A stretch of DNA of 64,000 nt from an uncultured Eubacteriales bacterium (GTDB lineage: Bacteria; Bacillota; Clostridia; Peptostreptococcales; Anaerovoracaceae): the NCBI GenBank assembly GCA_902778565.1, contig CACYYH010000002.1:5659-69658 (forward strand), read 5' to 3'. The notes below the pieces were generated by a model that saw only the letters and a list, made by a program, of their open reading frames with translations, searched no databases and had not been told where the DNA came from. Below, piece after piece: positions 35,656 through 45,512 of this stretch; positions within the stretch are counted from its first letter, which is position 1, and each line of letters starts with the position of its first letter. Made by a program: the position numbers and the translations under genes.

Positions 35656-36120
35656 ATGTTTCACAGAGCAATAGATCTTAAATTTACAGGAGATACCGAA
35701 GTAGAAGTCACTTTCCGCGACGGTAAAGTCATGCGTTATGATGTAAGCGAGCTTTTCGATAAGATCCCTCCGCTGAGTTCTCTCAGAAACAGATCATTGT
35801 TCACCTCCGGATATCTTTCTCCGGGGGGATACGGCATTATTTGGAATGATGATCTCGATCTGGATATCGAGACCATATATTATGATGGCCATCTAATCAA
35901 AACCCTTTCTCTTCCTGGCATAGCAGCAGGAGAAGAAGTACAGCGCGTTAGAGCCGAAGCTGGTTTATCACAAAAGGAATTAGCTGACCTGACAGGAATA
36001 GATCAGTCTGACATATCTAAAATTGAAAGGGGTGCTTCAAATCCCACATTAGGCACTCTGGAGCGAATAGCAAATGCCCTGGGCGGTAAACTGGTTATAA
36101 GTATCGAAACTGAACATTGA
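35656..36120 (+). CDS. DUF2442 domain fused to a C-terminal XRE-type HTH
   Basis: The ATG lies 1 nt after the DUF4160 stop (TGAGATG). The N-terminal part fits DUF2442, and the C-terminus reads RAEAGLSQKELADLTGIDQSDISKIERGASNPTLGTLERIANALG. Confidence 0.75.
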   Translation: MFHRAIDLKFTGDTEVEVTFRDGKVMRYDVSELFDKIPPLSSLRNRSLFTSGYLSPGGYGIIWNDDLDLDIETIYYDGHLIKTLSLPGIAAGEEVQRVRAEAGLSQKELADLTGIDQSDISKIERGASNPTLGTLERIANALGGKLVISIETEH

Positions 36121-36142
36121 ATCGCATAAGTCATTAAAAAAG

Positions 36143-36178
36143 AAAAAAACCAAGGTCCATAAAGGTCCTTGGTTTTTT
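36143..36178. terminator. Bidirectional intrinsic terminator
   Basis: A-run, then CCAAGGTCC-ATAAA-GGTCCTTGG, then TTTTTTG. Confidence 0.75.
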
Positions 36179-36193
36179 GATAGCCTCGATCGA

Positions 36194-36589
36194 TTAACGC
36201 TTTGAGAACTGGGAAGCTCTTCTGGCCTTCTTGAGACCGTACTTCTTTCTTTCCTTCATTCTCGGGTCTCTCGTTAAGAAACCGGCTGCCTTAAGGGTAG
36301 CTCTGTAAGCTTCCTTATCAGCTTCGCAGAGTGCTCTGGAGATACCATGTCTCAGTGCGCCTGCCTGGCCTGTGAATCCGCCACCTGCTACGGTAGCAAC
36401 TACGTCGAACTTTCCTTCTGCTCCAACGAGCTCCAGGGGACGACGAACTTCTCTCTTAACGATCTCCATTCCGAAATAATCGTCTAAGTCTTTCTTGTTG
36501 ACAGTGATCTTACCGGTTCCGGGGATCAGTCTAACTCTGGCAACAGATGATTTTCTTCTGCCAGTACCTTGATACTGCATTTTAGCCAT
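36194..36589 (-). CDS. rpsI: 30S ribosomal protein S9
   Basis: 131 aa ending ...[12 protein letters not shown]. Confidence 0.97.
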   Translation of the reverse strand: MAKMQYQGTGRRKSSVARVRLIPGTGKITVNKKDLDDYFGMEIVKREVRRPLELVGAEGKFDVVATVAGGGFTGQAGALRHGISRALCEADKEAYRATLKAAGFLTRDPRMKERKKYGLKKARRASQFSKR

Positions 36590-36610
36590 TTGTCATTTCC
36601 TCCCTTTCCC

Positions 36611-37039
36611 TTAAATTTCCAAAGTCTCAGGCTTCTGTGCTGTATGAGGATGCTCAGCTCCAGCATATACCTTTAACTTCTTGAACATCTGTCTTCCAAG
36701 CTTTCCATCAGGAAGCATGCCTTTAACAGCATGTCTGATGATCTCTTCAGGCTTCTTCTGCTGTAACTTGTCGAAGGTGATCTCTCTGAGTCCGCCGGGA
36801 TATCCGGTGTGCTTCTTGTAGATCTTTTCAGCTCTCTTCTTACCGGTTACGGCAACCTTCTCTGCGTTGATAACGATAACGTAATCTCCGCAGTCAACAT
36901 GTGGTGTAAAGGTCGGCTTGTTCTTTCCTCTGAGAACGGAAGCAACCTCTGAAGCAAGCCTTCCAAGAGTCTTGCCATCTGCATCAACGACGTACCACTT
37001 ACGTTCAACTTCTGCAGGCTTTGCGATGAATGACTTCAT
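36611..37039 (-). CDS. rplM: 50S ribosomal protein L13
   Basis: 142 aa starting [20 protein letters not shown]. Confidence 0.97.
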   Translation of the reverse strand: MKSFIAKPAEVERKWYVVDADGKTLGRLASEVASVLRGKNKPTFTPHVDCGDYVIVINAEKVAVTGKKRAEKIYKKHTGYPGGLREITFDKLQQKKPEEIIRHAVKGMLPDGKLGRQMFKKLKVYAGAEHPHTAQKPETLEI

Positions 37040-37224
37040 TGCGTTCCAAATTCCTTTCTACCTACTGGGTTCAGCAAAATATCTGCTGAGCTTTTTCGGT
37101 TCTGCCTACTGAGTTTCCCTCTGCAAGATGGAGGTAAACCTGGTCGGCATTCTAAAAATAACTTTCTAGTCCGGGCATCTCCGGATGATACCTAACGCCC
37201 GGAAGCGCACAATCGTGCTTGTAT
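37040..37224 (-). promoter_or_regulatory. Structured 5' leader of rplM-rpsI (candidate L13 ribosomal-protein leader)
   Basis: About 185-nt untranslated leader with stems such as TCCGGGC...GCCCGGA. Position and host clade fit the L13 leader, but the consensus was not checked. Confidence 0.35.
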
Positions 37225-37253
37225 ATTATATGACCAAACGCCATACAATGCAA
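37225..37253 (-). promoter_or_regulatory. Sigma-A promoter of rplM-rpsI
   Basis: Minus strand TTGCAT-N17-TATAAT. Confidence 0.65.
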
Positions 37254-37261
37254 GTGTTTTT

Positions 37262-38605
37262 TTAGCCTAATTCCACCATATGGAATTTCTTTTTGCCCTT
37301 CTGAATGAGGAGCTTGCCCTCTTCATCGAAGTTCTCAAGAGTGATCTTCATCTTAGGGTCGGTAACCTTCTCTCCCTGAAGGGAAAGTCCGCCCTGCTCA
37401 ACGGTCCTGAATCCTTCAGAAGTGTTCTGGATGAGTTTCAATTCTTTAAGAAGGTTGAGAAGTCCGAGACCTTCACCTTCGAACTCAGAACGATCTTTCT
37501 TGGTCGTAGGGACATTGGACATATCTCCTGATCCGCCAAAGGCTGCGCGTGCTCCGTCAAGAGCCTTCTTAGCTTCCTCTTCGCCATGAACCAGCTTGGT
37601 GACTTCGTATGCCAGGATTTCCTTGGCCTTGTTGATCTCTGCTCCTTCAAGAGCTGAAAGTCTGTTGACCTCTTCCATGGGAAGGAAGGTGAGCATTCTC
37701 AGGCACTTGTTCACGTCAGCGTCAGCTACGTTTCTCCAGTACTGGAAGAACTCGTAAGGAGAAGTCTTGTCGGGTCTCAGCCAAAGAGCTCCCTTGGCAG
37801 TCTTGCCCATCTTTTTGCCCTCGGAATTGGTGAGCAGTGAGAATGTCATGCCGTACACTTCTTTTCCGGTCATCTTTCTGGTGAGATCAACTCCGCCGAT
37901 GATGTTGGACCACTGGTCGTTTCCGCCGAACTGGATCTTTACGCCGAAGTCTCTGGCCATTACCATGAAGTCGTAGGACTGCATCAGCATGTAGTTCAGT
38001 TCGAACATGGTGAGACCGCCTTCTCTTTCCATCCTCTGCTTGAAGCACTCGGCTCTCAGCATGGTGTTTACGTTGAACTGGGAACCTACTTCTCTTAAGA
38101 AATCGATGTAGTTCAGAGGTCTCAGCCAGCGGGCGTTGTTTACAGCTACGGCCTTGCCGGGCTCAGGTTCTTTGTTCTGGTGTCCGGGCACGTATACGCC
38201 CTCGTTTCCTTCGTACTTCCATTCTTCATCGAAGTCAAGGAACTGGTCAAAGAGTTTCTTGAACTGCTCGCAGTTGTGCTCGATGGTCTCGATGTCCATT
38301 ACCTGGCGCATGTCAGTCCTGCCTGAGGGGTCTCCCACCATGCCGGTGCCGCCGCCTATGAGAACTACCGGAGTGTGTCCGAACTTCTGCATGTACATCA
38401 TGATGATGACCTGCATGAAGTGACCTACGTGAAGGCAGTCGGCGGTAGGGTCAAAGCCAATGTAGAACTTGACCTTTTCGTTCTTAAGGAGCTCTCTCAC
38501 CTTATCCTCGTCTGTGGATTGCTCAATGAAGCCTCTCTCCTTGAGAACATCATATACGTTATCAAATTTACTTACGTTATCGGGTATTAACTTGTTGAAA
38601 TCCAT
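37262..38605 (-). CDS. tyrS: Tyrosine--tRNA ligase
   Basis: 447 aa. HIGH-type motif DCLHVGH, KMSKS-type KKMGKT, C-terminal S4-like domain. Confidence 0.9.
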   Translation of the reverse strand: MDFNKLIPDNVSKFDNVYDVLKERGFIEQSTDEDKVRELLKNEKVKFYIGFDPTADCLHVGHFMQVIIMMYMQKFGHTPVVLIGGGTGMVGDPSGRTDMRQVMDIETIEHNCEQFKKLFDQFLDFDEEWKYEGNEGVYVPGHQNKEPEPGKAVAVNNARWLRPLNYIDFLREVGSQFNVNTMLRAECFKQRMEREGGLTMFELNYMLMQSYDFMVMARDFGVKIQFGGNDQWSNIIGGVDLTRKMTGKEVYGMTFSLLTNSEGKKMGKTAKGALWLRPDKTSPYEFFQYWRNVADADVNKCLRMLTFLPMEEVNRLSALEGAEINKAKEILAYEVTKLVHGEEEAKKALDGARAAFGGSGDMSNVPTTKKDRSEFEGEGLGLLNLLKELKLIQNTSEGFRTVEQGGLSLQGEKVTDPKMKITLENFDEEGKLLIQKGKKKFHMVELG

Positions 38606-38643
38606 TTTGTTGTTCTATCCTTTCAGTTTATCGGATATGGGTA

Positions 38644-39273
38644 TTACTTGGTGCCGAAAAGTCTGTCACCGGCATCGCCTAAGCCCGGAACGATGTATGC
38701 GTTCTCGTTCAGTCTCTCATCTTCCTGAGCAATGTAGATGTCTACGTCAGGATGTGCTTCCTGCAGAGCCTTGATTCCTTCGGGAGCAGCGATCAGGCAC
38801 ATAAACTTGATGTTCTTGCCGCCTCTCTGCTTGATGGAGTTGATGGCGTCGATAGCAGATCCGCCGGTAGCGAGCATGGGGTCTACGACAAAGATAGTTC
38901 TCTTTTCAATGTCGGTAGGCAGTTTGCAGTAGTACTCAACGGGCAGGTGAGTTCTGGGGTCTCTGTAAAGACCGATGTGTCCTACCTTTGCGTTGGGATA
39001 AAGAGCGAGCATTCCGTCAACGAAGCCAAGGCCTGCTCTTAAGATGGGGATGATAGCGATATCTTCGCCCTCGAGCATGTTCTGCTTTGTCTTGCAGATG
39101 GGAGTCTCGATCTCAACTTCCTTAAGAGGAAGATCGCGGGTAGCTTCGTAACCCATAAGGGTAACGACCTCCTTGGCGAGTTCCTTGAACTCTTTGTTAT
39201 TTGTCTCTTTTTTTCTCATAAGAGTAACTTTGTGCTGGATCAGCGGGTGATCAAATACAAGTAATTTTCCCAT
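38644..39273 (-). CDS. upp: Uracil phosphoribosyltransferase
   Basis: 209 aa. [17 protein letters not shown] motif and the typical C-terminal [17 protein letters not shown]. Confidence 0.97.
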   Translation of the reverse strand: MGKLLVFDHPLIQHKVTLMRKKETNNKEFKELAKEVVTLMGYEATRDLPLKEVEIETPICKTKQNMLEGEDIAIIPILRAGLGFVDGMLALYPNAKVGHIGLYRDPRTHLPVEYYCKLPTDIEKRTIFVVDPMLATGGSAIDAINSIKQRGGKNIKFMCLIAAPEGIKALQEAHPDVDIYIAQEDERLNENAYIVPGLGDAGDRLFGTK

Positions 39274-39315
39274 TTTTTCTCTCCTTTATATATAATGCTT
39301 TTCAGCGTTATCTGA

Positions 39316-40803
39316 CTACATCTCGTCGAGCATGTCCGTTCTTCTCTTGTGGCGTCCGCCTGCGAACTCGGTATCCAGCCATTCGTCCACGATGGCACAG
39401 GCGAGTTCAGGCGTTGTGGTGCGTCCGCCAAGAGCGATCATATTCGCGTTGTTATGCTCCTTGGTAAGGTGGGCCATCTCAACGGAAGTGCAGAGTCCGC
39501 ATCTCACGCCCTTTACCTTGTTGGCCGCGATGGAAATACCGATACCGGTACCGCAGCAAACTATTCCGAGATCGGCTTTCCCGGAAGCCACTGCTTCTCC
39601 GCAGGCCTTGCCGTAGACAGGGTAATCCACAGATTCTTCAGAATGTGTTCCCAGATCCACGAGTTTAAGGGTCTTGTCTTTTTCCTTGAGATGCTTTTTG
39701 ATCTCTTCTTTCAGGGCATATCCGCCGTGATCACTGGCTAATGCAATAATCATAGTCCTATCACTTCCTTTCTCATTGTTGAGATCTATTATGTTATATC
39801 CGGCAGACTTGAACATGCGGTTCATTACCGAGAACCCCACGCCCTGTTCGCTCAGTGCAGCCGCCAGGATAACATCTGTACCTTTTTTGTCGCAGTCCCT
39901 CAGCCTCGCAAAAAACTCGCGCGCAGCTTTTTCAGACTCAGCGTCATCATAATCTATCACTTCGACGGTCTTTCCCTCCGCCGTAAGTTCAGCTTTTTTC
40001 TTAGCGATGGCGTCTTCTACCGCTTCTTTGCTTCCCCTGTATATCACCATCTCCGCCTTGGGAGCGTAGTGCTTGTATTTCATGCCGGGAGATTTCGGCC
40101 TGAAGTCAGGATCCGCCACCGGATTGCCGGTCTCCTTGGAGATCTCAGGCTTCTTGAGAAGCGCGGGATCGGGGATGACTTCCTTTCCCAGTATCTCAGA
40201 GAGCTTTTCTTTAGTGAGGATCCCGGGTCTGAGGATCATGGGAGTATCGCCCGTCATGTCTATGACGGTGGACTCGATGCCTACCTGACAGTCCTCTCCG
40301 CAGACTATGGCGTCCACTCTTCCCATGAGATCGTCTATGCAATGCTGATATGTGGTGGGGCTTGGATGACCGCTCAGGTTTGCAGAAGGCGCCGCAATTG
40401 GCACCCCGGACTCTGTGATGAGTCTGCGGGCAACCTCAGAAGATGGCATCCTGACAGCCACTGTATCCAGTCCGCCGGTGGTGACCCTGGGAATCATGTC
40501 CTTCGCAGGAACCACCATGGTGATGGGCCCCGGCCAGCAGTTATCCATGAGGATCTCCATGTCTGACGTCATCAGATCCGTCAGCTTTGTCAGATCGTCT
40601 TTATGCGATATGTGCACGATCATGGGATTGTCGGAAGGTCTCCCCTTGGCTTTGTACACCTTGCCTACGGCTACAGGATCCAGCGCATTTGCGCCCAGGC
40701 CGTATACCGTCTCCGTGGGGAAGGCCACCAGGCCGCCGGCTGCTATGATCTCAGCCGCTTCCCTTATATCCTGTTCACTTGTAGAAAGAATCTTTGTTTC
40801 CAA
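39316..40803 (-). CDS. Fusion protein: threonylcarbamoyl-AMP synthase (Sua5/YwlC) plus ribose-5-phosphate isomerase B
   Basis: 495 aa. N-terminal part FPTETVYGLGANA...GRPSDNPMIVHI (YrdC/Sua5). The last roughly 145 aa, MIIALASDHGGYALK...CGTGIGISIAANK, is RpiB/LacAB. There is no stop between the two parts. Confidence 0.85.
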   Translation of the reverse strand: METKILSTSEQDIREAAEIIAAGGLVAFPTETVYGLGANALDPVAVGKVYKAKGRPSDNPMIVHISHKDDLTKLTDLMTSDMEILMDNCWPGPITMVVPAKDMIPRVTTGGLDTVAVRMPSSEVARRLITESGVPIAAPSANLSGHPSPTTYQHCIDDLMGRVDAIVCGEDCQVGIESTVIDMTGDTPMILRPGILTKEKLSEILGKEVIPDPALLKKPEISKETGNPVADPDFRPKSPGMKYKHYAPKAEMVIYRGSKEAVEDAIAKKKAELTAEGKTVEVIDYDDAESEKAAREFFARLRDCDKKGTDVILAAALSEQGVGFSVMNRMFKSAGYNIIDLNNEKGSDRTMIIALASDHGGYALKEEIKKHLKEKDKTLKLVDLGTHSEESVDYPVYGKACGEAVASGKADLGIVCCGTGIGISIAANKVKGVRCGLCTSVEMAHLTKEHNNANMIALGGRTTTPELACAIVDEWLDTEFAGGRHKRRTDMLDEM

Positions 40804-40820
40804 AATCTCTCCGAATACAA

Positions 40821-41882
40821 TCAGAAGTTTTTCATCTTTTCAGCCTGGTCGGATGTGATGAGAGCATCTACGATCTCATCGATATCTCCGTCCAGGAAAT
40901 TATCCAGCTTATATATGGTCATGTTGATCCTGTGATCCGTGACCCTTCCCTGAGGGAAGTTGTAGGTTCTGATACGCTCGGATCTGTCTCCGGAACCTAC
41001 CTGTGAGCGTCTGTCTGCTGCCAGCGCATCGTTCTGCTCCTGGAGCATCTTGTCATAAAGTCTGGCTTTAAGAACTCTCAGGGCCTTGTCCTTGTTCTTT
41101 ATCTGGGACTTTTCGTCCTGGCAGGTAACCACAAGGCCTGTGGGCAGGTGTGTGATACGTACAGCTGAGTCTGTGGTGTTTACGCACTGTCCGCCGTGAC
41201 CTGATGAACGGTATACATCCACTCTGATGTCGTTGGGGTCGATGGTTACTTCCACGTCGTCTACTTCAGGAAGTACGGCGATGGTAGCCGCAGAAGTGTG
41301 GATCCTTCCGGAGGACTCAGTGTCAGGCACGCGCTGCACCCTGTGGGTGCCGGACTCATACTTCATTCTGGAATATGCGCCCTTGCCCTTGATCATTACT
41401 TCGGCTTCCTTAACTCCGCCGATATCGGTCTCGTTGGCGTCTATGACCTCGGCCTTCCAACCGCGTCTCTCTGCGTATCTCAGATACATCCTTAAGAGGT
41501 CCATGCCGAACAGCGCAGCCTCGTCTCCGCCGGTACCCGCTCTGACTTCCAGAATAACGTTCTTCTCATCGTTAGGGTCTTTGGGAAGCATGAGGACCTT
41601 CAGGTCGTTTTCGATCTCCGGGATCTTATCTTCCAGATCAGCCAGTTCCATCTTGGCCAGTTCCTTCATCTCCTCGTCGTCGGATTCCAGCATTTCCTTA
41701 GCAGCTTCCTGCTCTTCCTTTGCCTTCTTGTATTCCTTGTATTTCAAAGCCACCGGCTCAAGTTCTCCCAACTCCTTCATGTGCTTCTTCCACACAGGCT
41801 GGTTGCTGATGATATCAGGGTCTGAGACCTTAAGGGACAGCTCTTCGTATTTTTCTAAAATAAAGTTTAATTTGTCAAACAT
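40821..41882 (-). CDS. prfA: Peptide chain release factor 1
   Basis: 353 aa with the GGQ motif [23 protein letters not shown]. Confidence 0.95.
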   Translation of the reverse strand: MFDKLNFILEKYEELSLKVSDPDIISNQPVWKKHMKELGELEPVALKYKEYKKAKEEQEAAKEMLESDDEEMKELAKMELADLEDKIPEIENDLKVLMLPKDPNDEKNVILEVRAGTGGDEAALFGMDLLRMYLRYAERRGWKAEVIDANETDIGGVKEAEVMIKGKGAYSRMKYESGTHRVQRVPDTESSGRIHTSAATIAVLPEVDDVEVTIDPNDIRVDVYRSSGHGGQCVNTTDSAVRITHLPTGLVVTCQDEKSQIKNKDKALRVLKARLYDKMLQEQNDALAADRRSQVGSGDRSERIRTYNFPQGRVTDHRINMTIYKLDNFLDGDIDEIVDALITSDQAEKMKNF

Positions 41883-41959
41883 TTTGGCTCCTTGAACTCG
41901 ATTTACTCCATATTTCTCTAACTTAATATATTATCATATTTTCACAAGTTTGTGAAGAT

Positions 41960-41991
41960 AAAAAACAGCCCCCGGAAAAATCCGAGGGCTG
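41960..41991 (-). terminator. Intrinsic terminator after rpmE
   Basis: Minus strand CAGCCCTCGG-ATTTTT-CCGGGGGCTG followed by TTTTTTAT. Confidence 0.8.
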
Positions 41992-42003
41992 GTCTTATGT
42001 GAA

Positions 42004-42201
42004 TTAAAGTCCGTATTTGTTCTTGAACTTCTCAACACGTCCGCCACGGTTAACCATCTTGGCTGCACCTGTGAAGAACGGATGGCAAGCTGAGCAGACG
42101 TCAAGTCTCATCTCAGGCTTGGTTGACTTAGTCATAAACGTGTTACCGCATGCGCAAGTTACTTTACATTCCACATAATTAGGATGGATTCCTTCCTTCA
42201 T
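42004..42201 (-). CDS. rpmE: 50S ribosomal protein L31 (Zn-binding type)
   Basis: 65 aa. MKEGIHPNY...CACGN...[10 protein letters not shown]. Confidence 0.95.
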   Translation of the reverse strand: MKEGIHPNYVECKVTCACGNTFMTKSTKPEMRLDVCSACHPFFTGAAKMVNRGGRVEKFKNKYGL

Positions 42202-42337
42202 GTCAGTTCCTTTCCCGGCAGCAAGTTACTGCCGTAATTCGAATTCTTTGCAAAAAACTCTTCGCCGCAAACTGCGACTAGTACAATATATCACAAGAAC
42301 CCTTGACATGCAAGGGTTTTTTGAATTTTTTTCAGTT

Positions 42338-43171
42338 TCACAAAACAGCCGCCACAACCCGGTCATTTCCGGCCATATCCTTCAGGACTTCAATACTTTT
42401 ACAACCCGCTGCTTCCAGCAGTGCAGGCACTGACTCTCCCAGATCGTAACCGATCTCCAGCAGCACCTGTCCTCCCGGCGCGAGGTACTTCGGAGCTTCC
42501 GAAGCGATGACCCTGTAAAAATCAAGTCCGTCCTCTCCACCGTCTAGCGCGAGCCTTGGGTCGTGATCTCTGACTTCCGGATCCAGCTTTTCGATCTCAG
42601 CCGCCGGGATATATGGCGGATTCGACACGATCAGGGTAAACTTCTCCTTCGGATCCAGCGCTTCGAACATGTCGGACTTCACTATCCTGACTTCTGCCTT
42701 GTTGGCCTTGGCATTCTCCTCTGCTATCATAAGTGCCTCATCGCTTACGTCGGTCATGGTTACTTCAGAGCCGAAGCACATCTTCTTAAGGGCAATGCCG
42801 ATGATGCCTGAACCTGTGCAGAGATCCAGGATCTTTGCGCCCAGGATGGCGCGTTTAGCGGCCTCTTCAACCAGAAGTTCGGTATCAAACCTCGGAACCA
42901 GCACGTCCTTCGTGACCTTGAAGCGGTAGCCCATGAACTCCTGCTCACCGGTTATGTGCTGCAGCGGCGTACGGCCTGCGCGCTCAGCGACAAGGTCGTA
43001 GTAACGCTGTGCCGTCTCGTTGGCCACTTCGCTGTTGATATACATTATGAGCCCTGTCCTGTCCTTCCCCGTAGCAAGACAGAGAAGTTCCCGCGCATCG
43101 TTGGCATAATCATGTATGCCGGCATTATTAAGTTTTTCCTCACCTATGGCGATCAGTTCTTTTATGGTCAT
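42338..43171 (-). CDS. prmC: Release-factor glutamine N5-methyltransferase
   Basis: 277 aa. SAM motif ILDLCTGSG and catalytic NPPY (IVSNPPYIP). Confidence 0.92.
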   Translation of the reverse strand: MTIKELIAIGEEKLNNAGIHDYANDARELLCLATGKDRTGLIMYINSEVANETAQRYYDLVAERAGRTPLQHITGEQEFMGYRFKVTKDVLVPRFDTELLVEEAAKRAILGAKILDLCTGSGIIGIALKKMCFGSEVTMTDVSDEALMIAEENAKANKAEVRIVKSDMFEALDPKEKFTLIVSNPPYIPAAEIEKLDPEVRDHDPRLALDGGEDGLDFYRVIASEAPKYLAPGGQVLLEIGYDLGESVPALLEAAGCKSIEVLKDMAGNDRVVAAVL

Positions 43172-43440
43172 TACAGTCTGTCGTAGTGTCCTCTGCAGGA
43201 CAGTATCAGGATCCCGTCATTTTCAACGACATATACGAGGCGGTGTTCGCCGTCTATGCGCCTGCTCCATGCTCCCGATAAGTCACCTTTCAGTGGTTCG
43301 GGTTTGCCCGGTCCCCTGAAAGGGTCCCTGCAAGTCTCTTTTATTAACATATTGATTCTTTTCAGCATCCCCCTGTCATACGTCTGCCAGTATAAATAGT
43401 CTTCCCACGCATCATAATCCCATCTCAGTTTATTCCCCAT
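43171..43440 (-). CDS. yoeB: YoeB/Txe family type II toxin (mRNA interferase)
   Basis: 89 aa. ...AWEDYLYWQ...DPFRGPGKPEPLKGDLSGAWSRRIDGEHRLVY...RGHY. Confidence 0.9.
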   Translation of the reverse strand: MGNKLRWDYDAWEDYLYWQTYDRGMLKRINMLIKETCRDPFRGPGKPEPLKGDLSGAWSRRIDGEHRLVYVVENDGILILSCRGHYDRL

Positions 43441-43443
43441 ATA

Positions 43444-43707
43444 TTACTCCTCTATCAGTGAATGCTCAGCCACCTTCAGCGTGCCTGCTCTATACTCAGC
43501 CATTTTCTTTTCCAGATATTCCATATTGCTTTCTGAGTAAAATGGGTCTGCAGATACTTCGAAAGGGATCCTTCTTTCTCTTCCCACCTTTTTTGCAAAA
43601 ATAGTAAATGCGGCGCTCATGGACAAGCCCATGTCCTGACATGCTATTTCCATGCTTTTTTTAACATCTGCATCCAGTTTAAAGTTTACGTTTACTGTCT
43701 GTGCCAT
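43444..43707 (-). CDS. RelB/DinJ family antitoxin
   Basis: AAGGGAG lies 8 nt before ATG 43707. ...VNVNFKLDADVKKSMEIACQDMGLSMSAAFTIFAKKV..RIPFEV. Confidence 0.85.
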   Translation of the reverse strand: MAQTVNVNFKLDADVKKSMEIACQDMGLSMSAAFTIFAKKVGRERRIPFEVSADPFYSESNMEYLEKKMAEYRAGTLKVAEHSLIEE

Positions 43708-43740
43708 TTTTCTCACTCCCTTCGCACTATGATTATAATA

Positions 43741-43780
43741 AAAAATAAAGAAGATAGCAAGTGTTCTTCTTTATTTTTTC
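43741..43780. terminator. Hairpin terminator after sfsA
   Basis: ATAAAGAAGA-loop-TCTTCTTTAT flanked by an A-run and a T-run. Confidence 0.65.
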
Positions 43781-43784
43781 TTTA

Positions 43785-44468
43785 TTATATATTGACTGAT
43801 GTTGGTGCTATCACCATCTCATCCGGTTCCACATGGCAGGGCAGGAAAAGTATTTTTACTCCTGCCTTCTGTGCCTCTTCCATGGCTTCGCCAAATTCAG
43901 GATGGGTCTCAACGTTAGGCCTCACCTCAGTCACGCCGTCCATCTGGATCACAAAGGCCAGTATGGCCTCATACCCCTCGGCCTTGGCTTTTATCAGCTC
44001 TCTTATATGCTTGACTCCGCGTTCTGTAGGCGCATCCGGGAAGTAACCTATCCCATCGAACTCCAAAGTACAGCCTTTGACTTCCATGAGAAATCTGCGC
44101 ACGTTGCCGTCGGGCATGGTCTTCTCCATATAGAAATCTATCCTGGAATCTCCGTAGGTGTACTCGGACACCACTTTACTGAAGGTCTGCTCTGCCAGCC
44201 ATTCCTTTGCCGCCTTGTTGGGCGCCTGGCTGTCAATGTTGAACAGGATCCCTGTGGATTTACGCACTGCTACCAGATCGTACTTCGTTTTCCTGTCGGG
44301 AGTGCCGGGTGCCGTCAGCCAGACCTCGCAGCCAGGGACCAGCAGTTCTTTGCACCTTCCGGTGTTCTTTACGTGGACCGTCTCAGTCTTTCCGTCTATT
44401 TCAACGCGGGCAATGAAGCGATTAGGCCTTTCAATAAATATTCCGCGCGTAATGTTTTCATACTTCAT
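43785..44468 (-). CDS. sfsA: Sugar fermentation stimulation protein SfsA
   Basis: 227 aa. GIFIERPNRFIARVEIDGK..VHVKNTGRCKELL. Confidence 0.9.
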   Translation of the reverse strand: MKYENITRGIFIERPNRFIARVEIDGKTETVHVKNTGRCKELLVPGCEVWLTAPGTPDRKTKYDLVAVRKSTGILFNIDSQAPNKAAKEWLAEQTFSKVVSEYTYGDSRIDFYMEKTMPDGNVRRFLMEVKGCTLEFDGIGYFPDAPTERGVKHIRELIKAKAEGYEAILAFVIQMDGVTEVRPNVETHPEFGEAMEEAQKAGVKILFLPCHVEPDEMVIAPTSVNI

Positions 44469-44474
44469 GATACG

Positions 44475-45512
44475 TTATGCTGCCTGGGGATCGTAGATCT
44501 CGGCTTCGCCCTCCACAGGCTCGCCGTTTAGATCGCATATGCCTTCGAAGTAAGGCTTGGCAGCCTCTTCTTCTTCGGTCTCACAGGGAATGACAGCTTT
44601 CATAGCCGCTATGGCTACCTCAAGTTGCTTAAGGTTAGGTTCTCTGGTGGTGAGTTTCTGAAGATAGATACCCGGCAGGCTCAGGAATTCCACGATTTTG
44701 TTGTTGGATCTTCCCGCCCACTTCAGGAGCTCGTAGGAGATGCCTGCGATGAGCGGCAATGCCAGTAATCTCAGTCCGACTCTCATCCACACGTTGGGCC
44801 AGCCCATGAATACGTGTACGATGATGGCTATGATCATTACGAACATCAGGAAGGAAGTTCCGCACCTGGGATGCAGCCTGTAGAAAGACTGCGCGTTCTC
44901 GGGTGTCAGTTCTTTGCCGTTTTCGAAGCAGTGAATGGTCTTATGCTCAGCGCCGTGATACTGGAATACCGTATTGATGTCCTCCAGTTTCGGGATCAAG
45001 GCAATATATCCTATGAAGATCGCGATACGGACGATACCCTCTATAAGGTTCAGAATGATAACGTTTTCTGTTATGTTCTTGAATATCCCTACTACCGCGG
45101 TGGGGAGAAGCATGAATACTCCAATGGAGAATACCAGCGCCAGTGCTACCGACAGCCAGAGCAAAACATTCCATGCCTTTTCCTTACCGAATTTCTTCTC
45201 GATCCATTGGTCGAACTTATCGGGCTCCACGTCTTCAGGCGTGTATTTTTCCAGTACGTCAGCGGAGTACATAAGCACTTTCGTGCCAAATACCAGAGAC
45301 GATATGAATGCCGCAACGCCGCGGACCAGAGGGATCTTTCCCCAGTTGCCCATGTTGGGCGCAGGCTGGGTCTTCATATGTATCTTTCCGTCCGGCAGGC
45401 GCACTGCAATGGCGGTCCTCTTCGGTCCGCGCATCATTATGCCCTCCATTATGGCCTGACCTCCGATAGACGTCGGGCAGGCGTCTTTATGAAATATCTT
45501 TTCAAAATCCAT
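44475..45512 (-). CDS. DUF1385 (YqhQ-like) membrane protein
   Basis: 345 aa. ...IGGQAIMEGIMMRG...HGAEHK. Confidence 0.85.
   Translation of the reverse strand: MDFEKIFHKDACPTSIGGQAIMEGIMMRGPKRTAIAVRLPDGKIHMKTQPAPNMGNWGKIPLVRGVAAFISSLVFGTKVLMYSADVLEKYTPEDVEPDKFDQWIEKKFGKEKAWNVLLWLSVALALVFSIGVFMLLPTAVVGIFKNITENVIILNLIEGIVRIAIFIGYIALIPKLEDINTVFQYHGAEHKTIHCFENGKELTPENAQSFYRLHPRCGTSFLMFVMIIAIIVHVFMGWPNVWMRVGLRLLALPLIAGISYELLKWAGRSNNKIVEFLSLPGIYLQKLTTREPNLKQLEVAIAAMKAVIPCETEEEEAAKPYFEGICDLNGEPVEGEAEIYDPQAA

Noticed and set aside
38606-38643. T-box leader upstream of tyrS
   Set aside because: Only 38 nt separate tyrS from upp, which leaves no room for a T-box. tyrS appears co-transcribed with upp.
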